DNA from: the human T2T-CHM13v2.0 reference genome, Homo sapiens
DNA length: 64,000 nucleotides
NCBI RefSeq assembly: GCF_009914755.1
Contig: NC_060928.1
Strand: one strand, 5' to 3'
In this document: positions 1-18,039 of the stretch, one piece after another
Layout: every line of letters starts with the position of its first letter
Numbering within the stretch: position 1 is the stretch's first letter
The notes under the pieces: generated by a model
What the model was told of the DNA's origin: nothing
The model's database searches: none
What the model saw: only the letters and a program-made list of their open reading frames with translations
Program-made: the position numbers and the translations under genes

Positions 1-368
1 ACTGATTTGGATACCCTTTATTTCTTTCTCTTGTCTGATTGCTTTGGCTAGGACTTCCAGTACTATGTTGAAGAGGAGTGGTGAGAGTGGGCATCCTTGT
101 ATTGTTTCAGTTCTCAGAGAACTTTCAACTTTTCCCCATTCAGTATTATGTTGGCTGTGAGTTTGTCATAGAGGGCTCTTATTACATTGTTATGTCCCTT
201 GTATTTTGCTGAGAGTTTGCTGGATTTTGGAGAGTTTTGGAGAGTTAGATGCTTTTTCTGCATCTATTGAGATGATCATGTGATTTTTGTTTTTAATTCT
301 GTTTATGTGGTGTATCACATTTATTGACTTGCATGTGTTAAACCATTCCTGCATCCCTGGTGTGAAAC
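1..368 (-). mobile_element. L1 ORF2 fragment (antisense)
   Basis: Typical L1 antisense text (ctaggacttccagtactatgttgaa...gggcatccttgt...catctattgagatgatcatgtg); continues off the window edge. Confidence 0.85.
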
Positions 369-369
369 C

Positions 370-565
370 TAGGTATTAAGTTCAAAATTATGCATGGCTA
401 AAAGGTTCATTCAATGTGCAAGATAAGCAAATGGATTGTAAGGTAATGAAGTACAAAAAGTTCATTCACATAGTTTCAAACGGTACTTTTTGCAGCTACC
501 ATTTAAGAAACTAGCACTTTTCAAGTTGTAGTATCGAGGAAGAATATCCACAGTTATCTGAAAAG
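370..565. mobile_element. Old hAT-Charlie DNA transposon fragment
   Basis: Resembles recalled Charlie-type internal sequence (gtacaaaaagttcatt...gaagaatatccacagttatctgaaaaggct). Confidence 0.45.
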
Positions 566-570
566 GCTCT

Positions 571-643
571 TGGGCTCAATCCATCCTCCTGCTTCAGCCT
601 CACAAACTGCTGATGTCACAGGCATGATCCACCACACCCAGCC
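571..643 (-). mobile_element. Alu left-arm fragment
   Basis: tgggctcaatccatcctcctgcttcagcctc...accacacccagcc. Confidence 0.7.
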
Positions 644-1066
644 TTATGGTTCTTTCTAAGTTGAAAATTACATTAAGGAAAGGAACTGTATCTTATTATT
701 CCTTGTTGGGTCTTACATACTATAATTGACTAAGAAATATTTGTTTAATAAATTGAATAAGTACATGATTATTTTAAGTCTTTTTAGATCATAAGCCTTA
801 ATTGAAAGCAATGGTTGTCATATATTTCTTTCATTTTCCCAGAGGCTGAGAGGACAGACAGCTTTATTCACGCTTTAAAATGCTTAAAATGTTTAATTAG
901 TACTTTGTTGTGTCGTACAAAGAGGTAGGATCTTCAGTTTGAATGTTACCTCTACATCTTACTGTGTAAACTTAAATAAATTAATGAATCTCACAATACC
1001 TTGGTTTCTGTCTTAGAGAATTAGAAATAAAAATGATACCCGAGGTGATGAATAAATGATTCAATA

Positions 1067-1440
1067 TGTTATGGTTTGATTTGTGTCCCCATCCAAATCT
1101 CATGTAGAATTATAATTCCCAGTGTTGGAGGAGGGGTCTGGTGGGAGGTAATTGGATCATGAGAGTGGATATCCCCCTTGCTGTTCTTGTGATAGTGAGT
1201 GAGTTCTCAGGAGATTTGGTTGTTAAAAGTGTGTAGCACCTTCCCCTTTGCTCTGTCTCCTGTTCCCACCATGTAAGATGTGCTTCCCCTTTGCCCTTCC
1301 ACCATGATTGTAAATTTCCTGAGGCCTCCCCAGCCATGCCACCTGTACACCCTGCAGAACCATGAGCCAACAAGACCTCACTTTACAAATTACCCCATCT
1401 CAGGTAGGTCTTTATAGCAATGCAAGGATAGACTAATACA
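1067..1440 (+). mobile_element. MaLR solo LTR (MST-type)
   Basis: Begins tgttatggtttg and ends gactaataca, with MST-like internal motifs. Confidence 0.85.
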
Positions 1441-1651
1441 CAAAACATGTGAAACACTGTCAGTGTTAGTATCATCATCATAATCTTCATCATCAATTAA
1501 ATAGCACAAAAAGGAATTTGATTAATACACAAAACATGTAAAATTTGACTAATACACAAGACTAATACACAAAACATGTGAAACACTGTCAGTGTTAGTA
1601 TCATCATCATCATAATAATCATCATCAATTAAACAGCACAGGAAGGAATTT
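1431..1651. repeat. Local imperfect tandem duplication (~90 bp x2 plus two short partial units)
   Basis: ga(c/t)taatacacaa starts at 1431, 1520, 1547 and 1560; long copies at 1431-1519 and 1560-1651. Confidence 0.9.
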
Positions 1652-1989
1652 TAACCCACAGTTAAAGCCCCATTTTATTTCGTTATTGATTATATTTTCC
1701 TTCAAAGTTTTGTGGTAAGCTTTGATTTTGAATACAAGTAATTTAAATAGAAGACCATGTAATTTGGACAAATTTCCACAATTCAGATAGTGAAGAATAA
1801 CTTGGGAGTCTAGTGGGGAGACGTATGGTTCTGCTTTTCTTCTTATTGGCTTTGGCTTCTTTTTCTTATCTATTCCAATTAGAAGAGAGACACTTAAATT
1901 CACTTTAAGCATGGTGATTTGTGATAATATGAGCCCCAATTCCCAAAGGGCAAAAATAATTATGAACAAAGCTAAGTCACCCTTTATAG

Positions 1990-2330
1990 CAGGGATCCCC
2001 AACCCCTAGGCTGTGGACCAATACCGGTCCGTGGCCTGTTAGGAATCAGGCAGCACAGCAGGAGGTGAGCAGGAGGGTGAGTGACCATTACTACCTGAGT
2101 TCCACCTCCCGTCAGATCAGCAGTGGCATTAGATTCTCATAGGAGCGTGAACCCTATTGTTAACTGTGCATGCAAAGGATCTAGGTTGTGCTCTCCTTAT
2201 GAGAATTTAATGCCTGATTATCCAAGTTGGAACAGTTTCATCCCTAAACCATCCTTTTCCCAACACTGCCCATGGAAAAATTGTCTTCTGTGAAACTGGT
2301 CCCTGGTGTCCAAAAGGTTGGGGACCGCTG
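1990..2330 (+). mobile_element. MER1B-like hAT-Charlie MITE, full length
   Basis: Terminal inverted repeats cagggatccccaacc / ggttggggaccgctg; perfect 8-bp TSD CTTTATAG at 1982-1989 and 2331-2338. Confidence 0.9.
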
Positions 2331-2469
2331 CTTTATAGCATTCTTTTTTGGTGGGGCTGAGCCTGGCCTCTTGGCTGAGTTTATCATTACCATTTATCTC
2401 TGAATCAGTTATTTGCTATTGCCTCAATGTCTTTAGTTTAACAGTTAAGTTCTTGAAAAGCTACGTTGG

Positions 2470-6304
<3,835 letters not shown>

Positions 6305-6514
6305 GAAAAGCTACATCGGAATCCATGTAATCTTGTTTGAGAAAGATAGAAATTGATCCTTTCAGCTGTGATTATAGGTTACTGCAAGATTCCCACCCTT
6401 TCTGCTGGAGTGTTGAGAAGTCTGGCCCAGAGGTCAAATCATACTTTGTAATCTTGAACTAAATAGTGTTTATTACTTGATGCTTATAAGTACTGTTTTA
6501 TTTTTCTCCCCTAG

Positions 6515-6787
<273 letters not shown>

Positions 6788-7889
6788 TAGATGATAGGGA
6801 GAGAGGGAAAAGAGTAGAACACCAAAAGCATGGGCTTTGGAGTTCAGTTTTGGAGCTGGATTCAAATTGCAGCCTCGTCACTACAAGCTCTATGATGTTG
6901 GGACAAACTTCCTGAGCTTTATTCATTCAACAAATATTTGGATGCCTACTGTGAGCCAGGCAGTGATCCCAGTGAACAACTTGGAGCTCTATGCTAATCA
7001 GGGGAGACAAACAATAAATTAGTCAATAGATAATGTCAGATCATGCTAAATGCTATCAGGAAAATAACATAGAAAATGAATGACTGTGGGGCAGGGTGGT
7101 AAGATACTTTGCCTATGGTAGTCAGTGAAGGCCTCTCTAAGGAAGGAATATTTGAGCTGAAACCTGACTGGTAAGAAGGAGTCAACCAAGTGAAGATCTA
7201 GAAGAATATTCCAGTAAAGGGAAGAGTACATGCCAAAGTACTAAAGTTGGGATGCACTTGAAATTGGGTGGAGCAAGGTGAGCTAGAGAATTCTGGAGAT
7301 AGCCGCCCTCACCGAGTGGTCTGCTGTGTTGAGCAATAACAGGTAAGTCATGGCACTCAGCACAGAGCCTGGAACCTTTGATGGCTTCCCTCCCTCTTCA
7401 TCCTTGACATTCCCCACCATCAATTGCAGTGCCAACTTGGTGCCCTATTCCAATTGGGTTTTCAAAAAATATCTAATGATCATGTTGCCAAAAGAGGTGG
7501 GGCCAGTTTCACCCTGTTTCAAGGAAACTGAGGATTTAATATGGAATTCTATTAGGAAAGAAAACCATTCTGGGAATCAGAAACTCTTGGACGAGTGTCT
7601 TAAGTTTACTAAAGTGACTTGTGACTGTCAGGCAAATGACTTTATTCTCAGTTTTTTGGTATGTAAAAATGGAAGTAATGGAGATCTTTCCTTAATTGCT
7701 AGGATTGTTTGGGTTTATTTTATTTTTTAAGGTCTTTAGAAAAAAGGAATACCACTGCAGAAAATCATAGTCTTAGAACCCGAAACAAATCTGCACCAGT
7801 GCAATGCAGAACACTTTCAAGACTACTGAGAGTGGTGTTAGCTGTCCTCCCTAATTCTTTTGTTTGTTTTTTTTGTGATGGTGGTGTTT

Positions 7890-8178
7890 TTTTTTTAGAC
7901 AGTGTCTTGCTCTGTCACCCAGGCTGGAGTGCAGCAGCACGATCATGGCTCACTGCAGCCTCAACCTTCTGGGCTTAAGTGATCCTCCCACCTCAGCCAC
8001 CTGAGCAGCTGGGACTACAGGCATGTGCCACCACCCCCAAGTTTTAAAAATTTTTTTGTAGAGACAGGGGTCTCACTATATTGCCCAGGCTGGTCTGGAA
8101 CCCCTGAGCTCAAGTGATCCTTGTGCCTCAACCTCCCAAAGAGCTAGGATTATAGGTGTGAGCCATCATGGCTAGCCC
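7890..8178 (-). mobile_element. Alu (AluJ-like)
   Basis: Dimeric Alu antisense, diverged. Confidence 0.9.
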
Positions 8179-8788
8179 CACTCTAATTCTTTTGAGTGAG
8201 CATTTAAAAGAGAGTAGTAGATGTCATCCTAGGTATTTTACCAATAAAGCAACATAACAGAAAGGCAATCTGGTAGATGTGGTTTTTAAAGTAAGACCAA
8301 AAGGAGTCAGTCAGTATATGTTTATTCAGCACCAACTATGTGCCAGAGCCAATTTTAGCTTTTAGCAAACAAGTAATTCCCCTTGAGCAGCTTATATTCT
8401 AATGGGGAGAAATACAGTCAATAAACAAAGTGATAAATGAGCTAATGTGGGTGTTGACATGTGCTATGAAGAAGATTAAGTAAGTCCTGCAGAAGAGGGT
8501 AATTAGGCTGACTTGTCTTGCCTGGCCAGGGAAGATCTCCTTGAAGAATGTGATGTATGAGTCTAGAGACTTGAGTGAGGGAGAGGCAGCCAAGCCAAGG
8601 CTAAGGGAAGTTTTTTTTTCAAGGAGAACTAGCAAGTGCAAAGGTCCTGAGAGGGAAGGACCTGGTCCAGGGAGTCTGTGTGGCTGGAATCACAGGGATC
8701 AAGGAGAGGAGGGGAGGAAGATGAGGTCAGAGGGGTGGGGCAGAAGGCAGATCATGTAGGGCCTTGTAGGCCACAGAAGGAGCCTAAG

Positions 8789-9157
8789 TGATAGGGTTTG
8801 GCTCTGTGTCCCCACTCAAATCTCACCTTGAATTGTAATAATCCCACATGTCAAGGGAAGGACCAGGTGGAAATAATTGACTCATGGGGGTGGTTTCCCC
8901 CATGCTGTTCTCCTGATAGTTAGTGAGTTCTCATGAGATCTGATGGTTTTATAAGGGGCTTCCCCCTTCGCTGGGCTCTTACGGTCTCTTGCCCCCGACC
9001 ATGTAAGATGTGCCTTTGCTCCTCCTTTGCCTTCCGCCATGATGGTGAGGCCTCCCCAGCCACTCCCCAATGGAACTGTGATTCCATTAAACCTCTTTTT
9101 CTTAATAAATTACCCCATCTCAGATATTTCTTCATAGCAGTGTGAAAACAGAATACA
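8789..9157 (+). mobile_element. MaLR solo LTR (THE1/MST-type)
   Basis: tgatagggtttggctctgtgtcccc...aaattaccccatctcagatatttcttcatagcagtgtgaaaacag. Confidence 0.85.
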
Positions 9158-9211
9158 CTAAGTGTGTGTATATATGTATATATACACAATAATATGTAAT
9201 AATTATTATTA

Positions 9212-10268
9212 TTTTGAAACAGGATCTCACTCTCTCACCCAGGCTGGAGAGCAGTGGTGCTATCACAGCTTATTGTAGCCTCAACCTCCCTGGGCTCAAG
9301 TGATCCTCCCACTTCAGCCTCCTGAGCAGCTGTGACCACAGACATGCACCACCATGCCCAGCTAATTTTTTTTGCTCAAAATTATTATTTTTTACTTTAT
9401 TTTTTAATTTTTTTCACTTTAAGTTCCAGGATACATGTGCGGAATGTGCAGATTTGTTACATAGGTATACATGTGCCATGGTGGTTTGCTGCACCTATCA
9501 ACCTGTCACCTAGGTTTTAAACCCCACATGCATTAGCTATTTGTCCTAATGCTCTCCCTCCCCTTACACACCCCCTGCCGCTGACAGGCCCTGGTGTGTG
9601 TTGTTCCCCTCTCTGTGTCCATGCATTCTCATTGTTCAACTCCTTCTTATGAGTGAGAACATGAAGTGTTTGGTTTTCTGTTCCTGTGTTAGTTTGCTGA
9701 GGATGATGGCTTCCAGCTCCATCCATATCCTTGCAAAAGATATGATCTCATTCTTTTTTATGGCTGCATAGTATTCCATGGTGTGTATGTACCACATTTT
9801 CTTTATCCAGTCTATCATTGATGAGCATTTGGATTGGTTCCAGGTATTTGCTATTGTGAATAGTGCTGCAGACACTTCTCAAAAGAAGACATTTATGTGG
9901 CCAACAAACATATGAAAATAAAACTCAACATCACTGATCATTAGAGAGATGCAAATCAAAACCACAATGAGATACCATCTCACACCATTCAGAAAGGTGA
10001 TTATTAAAAAGTCAGGAAACAACAGATGCTGGCAAGGCTGTGGAGAAATAGGAATGCTTTTACACTGTTGGTGGGAATGTAAACCAGCTAATTTTTGTTT
10101 TTCTTTGCTTTCTTTTTTTTTTTTTTTTTTTTTTTTTTTTGTAGAGATGAGGTTTTGCCATTTTGTCCAGGCTAGTCTTGAACTCCTGGGCTCAAATGAT
10201 CTGCTCACCTCAGCCTCCCAAAGTGCTGGGACTGATTACAGGCACAAGCCATTGTGCTTGGCTGAGCC
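9212..10268 (-). mobile_element. AluJ split by an L1 insertion (Alu halves ~9212-9370 and ~10084-10268)
   Basis: Right arm before and left arm after the L1; duplicated ccagctaattttt at 9358-9370 and 10084-10096. Confidence 0.85.
9371..10083 (-). mobile_element. 5'-truncated, 5'-inverted L1PA element
   Basis: T-rich tail, L1 3' end antisense to ~9870, then L1 ORF2 sense from 9871 to 10083. Confidence 0.88.
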
Positions 10269-10307
10269 TAAGTATTATTTTTAGCAAAATGGGAAACAAT
10301 AGGATGG

Positions 10308-10607
10308 GTTTATTTATTTATTTATTTGAGACAGAGTCTCACTCTGTTGCCAGGCTGGAGTGCTGTAGTGTGATCTTGGCTCACTGCAACCTCCGACTCC
10401 CTGGTTCAGGCGATTCTTCTGCCTCAGCCTCCTGAGTAGCTGGGATTACAGGCACGGGCCACCAAGCCCAGCTAATTTTTGTATTTTTAGTACAGACGGG
10501 GTTTCACCGTGTTAGTCAGGCTGGTCTCAGACTCCTGACTTCATGATCCACCCGCCTTGGCCTCCCAAAGTGATAGGATTACAGGTAGCAACCAACGCAT
10601 CCAGCCC
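10308..10607 (-). mobile_element. Alu (AluS-like)
   Basis: Full dimeric Alu antisense with (TTTA)n tail. Confidence 0.9.
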
Positions 10608-10948
10608 AGCATGGGTTTAAAGCCTGGTAGCGATATGATCTGATTTGGGCTTTAGAAAGTACTTAGCTCATGAAGCTGTTGTGATGATTAAGTGGGAATG
10701 ATTTAGGTAAAGCTTAGAACACTGTCTGGCTCACAGAACACACTCATTATATGTTCATTCTCTCCCTCAGTAACTGTCATGGAAGGCTGCATTGTACAGG
10801 AGCAAGGATGGAAGCAGAGAGACCAGTTACGAGTCTGTTGCAGTAATCCAGAAAAGAAATGATTGTGACTTAAGTAGGGATATAGCTATAGACATAGAGA
10901 AATGTAAAATTTGGGATATATTTTTGTGTCTCTTTGTTTCCACTATAG

Positions 10949-11224
<276 letters not shown>

Positions 11225-11356
11225 TGAAAAGAACTTCCAAAACATCTTACTTAACGAATTACATTTATTGTGATACATCTATGGTCTTCTTACCCTAAAT
11301 ATAAGGCTACTGTTAAAAGGTTAGTGGACTAGGTATTGCAACTTAGATCTAGGATG

Positions 11357-11800
11357 GGGCAGGTGGATCACACCTGTAATCCTAGTGCTTTGGGAGACCA
11401 AGGTGGGAGGATAGCTTGAGGCTAGGAGTTGGAGACCACCCTGGGGAACATAGTGAGACCCTGTCTCTACAAAAAATTCTTTAAAAATATTGGCCAGGCA
11501 CGGTGGCTCATACTAGTAATCCCAACACTTTGGGAGGCAGAGGTGGGAAGATCGCTTGAGCCCAGGAGTTTGACATCAGCCTAGGCAACAAAGTGAGACC
11601 CCCATCTCTTCAAAAAAATACCAAAAATTAGCCAGGTGTGGTGGCATGTGCCTGTAGTTCTAGCAACTTGGGAGGCTGAGGCAGGAAGTCATTGCTTGAG
11701 CCCAGGAGTTTGAAGTTACAGTGAGCTATGATCTGCACTCCAGCCCAGGCAGCAGAGTAAGACCTTGGCTCTAAGAAAGAGAAAGGAAAAAGGAAAAAGA
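11357..11800 (+). mobile_element. Alu monomer followed by a full AluJ
   Basis: Left-arm-like unit at 11357-11490, dimer at 11492-11800. Confidence 0.85.
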
Positions 11801-12426
11801 AACTTAAGATCTAGGAGACAGTCTGATAAGTATGTGTATGGAATTATTTATCTAACATATATTATTAAGTGAAACAGGTTCTAGAACACAGCATGTAATA
11901 TGTTGCAATTTGTGTAAGAAAAAAAGACATGGGCCATATATTTGTTTGCATATGCCTGTAGTATCTCAGAAGGGTATACAAGAAGCTAGTAACAATGGTT
12001 GCCTTTGGGGGCCTAGGGAATTGGGATAGGAGGAAGACTTATTTTTCAATAAATAGGCTTTTGTATTTTTCCAATGTTTTGCATCATGTACGTGTATGGC
12101 CTAATTCAAATAGATAAGAATATATAATTAACAAAGAAAAACATTGCCTCTCATTTCTGTTTATTTTTTGGAGGCCTCTTAACTTGCCCGAGCCTCAATT
12201 AATTTTGTTACCTTGACGGATAACATCTGATCCCTCTTTTAAAGCATCAATAGCAAAACCTAGGAGAGGCAGAAAAAGTTGTGGAAGTCTTGAGCTCAGG
12301 GAAAAGGAAATATGCTAGTCTTATATAATGACATGTTTAAAATGCTGTAATGTGTTTATCCTTTAAAAAAAATAAATTTGCCATCAGATGAAATGAAGCT
12401 CATTCTCTGTTCATTAAAGAGAAGAG

Positions 12427-12792
<366 letters not shown>

Positions 12793-13170
12793 TTATTATT
12801 TGGTGGTAAGGTGCTGAGAGTGGCCAACTTCAAAAATTTTATTTTCTTAAGTCTACCAGAGAATACTCTGGCTTGTTTTAACATTGACAAATTATGTTAT
12901 GGTAAATGATACATAGGGGATACAAACTCAGGTCTGTCTGATTCCAAAACTCAAGTTCAAGACTAAGCAACTTCCTGAATTTACTTTCTGGGGAAAGAGA
13001 AAAGGTTTTGGAATCTGAGAGACATATAAATCTGGATTTGTCTGTAAATTCATTCATTTAACTTCATTTAACTGAGTCTTGATTTCCTTATCTGTATAGT
13101 GGAGGTCATGAAAATAAAATGGGATAATATCATAGTACATAACATACAGTGGATGCTTGAGAAACATTAG

Positions 13171-13338
<168 letters not shown>

Positions 13339-13553
13339 ATACAGAAAGCCACAACAGTCAGACCCTGGTTATGTATCTAGAACACATATTAGATGACTTA
13401 GTTCCCTGTTGCGGTACTGTCAGTTTACATTCACCCCTTGCTTCCCCTCCCACAAAATGAGACCTTTAGGGAAAACCACCATGATCATTAAATAGCAGTT
13501 GTTGCTGTTAACCTGTCGCTGAATCTTTAGCAGATTTGAGGACTCCAGCATGC

Positions 13554-13559
13554 AATAAA
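13554..13559 (+). terminator. Candidate THEGL polyadenylation signal AATAAA
   Basis: AATAAA ~215 nt after the stop codon. Confidence 0.6.
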
Positions 13560-14392
13560 TGAGAAAATGAGAGACTGCCTCATTATCCTTACTGTTTCCT
13601 CACAAGCATCTTGGCTGCCTCATTGCTGTAGCTGACCTGAAGAAACACTCTTCCTTATATTTGTGGGTTTTGCTTTTCCTTTCCCAGTGAGTTCCATGTT
13701 CCCCAGTAACTGATCCTACCTCAGTCCCTTCTCCAGTAAGTCCTGGGAAATGAAATCATTCTTTGTGTTATTTCAGCATCCCCTTATTACTTAGAAAAAA
13801 CACTGAAAAAGTGAAGCTCTTTTGGAAAAATTGAAATACTTTTTATAGTCTATAAATACAATTTATAATTGAAATTTAGGGAACAGGTTACCTTAATGAT
13901 GATGTCACCAATCTCTGTTCCTTTACTCATGCCAGAGTCACTTACCATGAATGAGAGAAAAAGCTGTTTGGTAAGCATTAAAATTCTCTGTAAAATTGCA
14001 TCTGCCCAGAATTTTATTCTCTCTATAGATCAGTATTTTACAAATTAAACTAACTTTTATGGGGCATATCTAGATTTGCATGAAAATGAACTTACTTGAA
14101 AGCCAATTTTACAGATGAATGAGTTCTACCTTTAACGTCTTTGTGTTACAGAGGGGTAATACCACATAGCAGTTTTGAACTTGAGTTTTGGAATCAGATA
14201 GAACCTGAAGTTGTCTCTGTCATGGATTATTTACCAGGTATGTGATCTTAAACAAATTTCCTAACTCCCTGTGCTGCAGTTTCTTTATGTAGAAAATGGG
14301 TTCCTGCAGCATTCTTGTAAAGATTAGATGATAAAATGTATATAATAAAGTATATATTTGAAACAAAAATTTTTATTTAGAAATTTAGCTGT

Positions 14393-14698
<306 letters not shown>

Positions 14699-14713
14699 AG
14701 AAATTTAGCTGTG

Positions 14714-15177
14714 TTTCACATGTTTAAAGCAGCACAATTCACAATTGCAAAAATATGGAACCAACCTAAATGCCCATCAACCAACAAGTGGATAAAGAGA
14801 GTGTGGTATATGTACACCATGGAATACTACTCAGTCGTAAAACAAAACAAAATAATGGCATTTGCAGCAACTTGGATGGAGTTGGAGGCCATTATTCTAA
14901 GTGAAGTAACTCAGGAATGGAAAAACCAAACATTGTATATTCTCACTTATAAGTGGGAGCTAAGCTGTGAGGATGCAAAGGCGTAAGAATGATACAATGG
15001 ACTTTGGGGACTCAGAGGGAAGGCTGGTAGGGGGGTGAGGAATAAAAGATTACATAATGGGTACAGTGTACACTGCTTGGGTGATGAGTGCACCAAAATC
15101 TCAGAAATCACCACTAAATAACTTATCTATGTAACCAAAAACTACCTGTACCCCCAAAGCTATTGAAATTAAAAATA
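14714..15177 (+). mobile_element. L1 (L1PB/L1MA-like) 3' end
   Basis: ORF2 C-terminal and 3'UTR text; flanked by agaaattta(g/c)ctgtg. Confidence 0.88.
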
Positions 15178-15254
15178 AGAAATTTACCTGTGCTAGCTTT
15201 CTAAGGGTACAGTGGCATAATTCATATCAGTGGGGAAAATATGCCTTGATTCTT

Positions 15255-15530
15255 ACATTAAATGAATGTCTGTTGAGTGTCTTTGCTTTGCCAGGCCCTG
15301 TGCTTGGCACTGGAGATAACACAGTGAACCAAACAGATATGGGTTCTGCTCTCACGGACTCTTTAGCTTATTGGGAGAGATGATTTCATTAGAATATTCA
15401 CCAATAAATGTAAAATTACAACACTAGCAAGTACTATGAAATAGTGTTATGAAATAACAGAATAGAGAACTTTGATCCCATGGGAAAGTGAGAGAAGGCT
15501 TCTCTAATGAAGGAACAACTGGGTTGGATG
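15255..15530. mobile_element. L2-like fragment (appears to continue after the LTR)
   Basis: aaatgaatgtctgttgagtg...gccaggccctgtgcttggcactggagataacacagtgaacc. Confidence 0.6.
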
Positions 15531-15534
15531 CTGA

Positions 15535-16181
15535 TGAAATGCCTAACCTTGTTTTTACTTCAACTCATTACTTTGAATTTTGTCCTGCTTGTCTCTTTAA
15601 ATCACCTAGCCTTGCTTTTCATGTAAATAAGACTCTCTAGCTAGGAAAGCTGGGCAAACTCCAATTGGCCCCTTAATTTACAAGACACTAGGGCTCCTCA
15701 CCCAACCCCCTTTCGTGAGGAGTTGGCCTGGGTAAACAGATCCTCAGCATTTCAAAGGAGCCCAATTAACTGATAAGGTACCAACACCAACAACGTATGA
15801 AGTTCCCAGGAATTTTCTCCAAGAGATAACAACATAAAACCTTGAGTTCGTGTCCGGCATAAACCCTATATCTAATTATAATAAAAGATTTAGAACCTTG
15901 CACCTGGTACCGTTGCTCTTCTTGTAACCATTTGTCTTTTAAGTTGTTTATCACTCTGTAACCATTTTGATTCTTTTGATTCTTGCATGTTTTTACTTCT
16001 GTAGAATTATTACATTTGAGTCCCCCTCCCCTTCCTAAACCTAGGTATAAAAGTTAATCAAGCCCTTTCCTCGGGGCCGAGAGAATTTTGAGCATTAGCC
16101 GTCTCTTTGGCCGCCGGCTTAATAAAGGACTCTTAATTCGTCTCAAAGTGTGACGTTTTCTTAACTCACCTGGGTACAACA
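15535..16181 (+). mobile_element. ERV1-class solo LTR
   Basis: TG...CA ends, 4-bp TSD CTGA (15531-15534 and 16182-16185), TATAAAA near 16047 and AATAAA near 16121. Confidence 0.85.
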
Positions 16182-17721
16182 CTGAAAACTGAGTAGGACT
16201 AACTAACCAAAGAGGATACAGGAAGACATTCCAAGTAGTGGGAACATATGTTAAGTGGACAGTTGTTGATTTTTGGATCACTCTGAATTCATTCTTCCTC
16301 CTTCTGATAAGAACTGCGCATTTGCTCTTGGAGAATTACTTTCTCCTCATTGTTTAAAGCTTTATGGGGATTTTTATTCAAGGTTTCCTAGCCGAGGTAT
16401 GGATATGTAACCCAAGTCAGCCACACCCATTGAACTGTCTTCTGGGACTGTGGATCTTAAGCATAGTGAAGCAAGGGTGATGGAGCTGATATTTCCCATA
16501 TAGGTGCCCTGATGAGACTTCATTTTTCTCCTACTACCTGTGTCCCTGGAGCTGTTCTGACTCCTACCCTGGTGCTCCGGCTATTCCTCTGATGCCGGAA
16601 CTGCCTTCCAGTAAATCCCCTGAGGCAGATGGAAGGATGCATCAGGGACTGAAAGATTGCCAGTGTGGCTCAAACAGAAAGAAATAGGAGGTTGTGTGAA
16701 GCAAGAGGAGGCTGAAGGATGGGAGCCAGACCAGACCACGTAGGGCACTGGAGGACAGGTTAAGGATTTTAGTCTTCATCCTAAAACCAAAGGGAAGCTA
16801 TTGAAGTAATTTAAGCATGGGGTGATGTGATCAGAGTTGGCTTTTGAAGTAATAGTTCTGACAAATAAATTGGGAAGGGGGCAGTGGAGGTGGGTAGGCC
16901 AAGTTAGGAGGTTATTTAGTACGTCATTTTAAAGGTGAAAATAGTTTGTTGGTACCATGGTGGAGACAGTAAGAAGTGACAGGCTCAAGAGCGATTTGAG
17001 AAGGTGGATTTATGGGATTTGATGATGGGTTATATATGGGGAGTGGGAGAGGAAAGAATTCAAGATAACTTCTGGATTTCTAGGTTATGAAACAGGATAG
17101 AGAGTGCTCTGGTTTGAATGTTTGTGTCCTTCCAAAATTCATGTTGAAACTGAATCCTCAATGCAATAGTATTCAGAGGTGGGGCTTTCAGGAGGTGATT
17201 GGGTCTGAAGGACTCTGCTCTAATAAATTGGATTAGTGCCCTTGTAAAAGGGCTTGAGGGAGTGAGTTCATCCCTTTTCTCTTTTTGCCATGTAAGGATG
17301 CAGTAAGAAGGTGCCGTCTTGGAAGCAAAGAACAAGCCCTTACCAGATACCGAATCTATTGGCACCTTGATCTTAGACTTCCCAGCCTCAGCTGTGAGAA
17401 ATAAATTTCTGTTCTTTATAAATTAGCCAGTGTTTGGTGTTTTGTTATAGTAGCCCAAAAAATTGAGGCAGAAAATTAGTACCAGGAGTGGAGTACTGTG
17501 TAACAAATACCTAAAAATGTAAAAACAGCTTTGGAACTGGTAATGGACAGAGACTGGAACAGTTCAGAGGAGCAGGCTAGAAAAAGCCTGTGTTGCCATG
17601 AATGGAGCATTAAGGGCGATTTCTGGTGAGAACTCAGAAGAGTTGTAGAGAAACCTTCAATCTTCTTAGAGATTACTTAAGTGGTCATGAACCAGACAGT
17701 TGGCAGAAATATGGACAGTAA

Positions 17722-18039
17722 CCTGGGCATGGTGGCTCCCGGCTGTAATCCCAGCACTTTGAGGGACTGAGGTGGGAGGATAGCTTGAGCCCAGGAGTCC
17801 AAGACCAGCCTGGGCAACATAGGGACACCCCATTTTTATTTAAAAAAATGTTTTTTAAAAAACTAGCCAAGCATGGTGGTGCTTGCCTGTAGTCCAAGCT
17901 ACTCAGAGGCTAAGGTAGAATTACTTGAGCCTGGGAAGTTGAGGTTGCAGTGAGCCATGATTGTGCCACTGCATTCTAACCTAAGCAACAGAGTGAGACC
18001 CTGTCTCAAGAAAAAAAAAAAAAAAAAGAAAGAAAGAAA
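17722..18039 (+). mobile_element. AluJ inside the MaLR internal region
   Basis: 17-bp TSD agaaatatggacagtaa. Confidence 0.92.
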
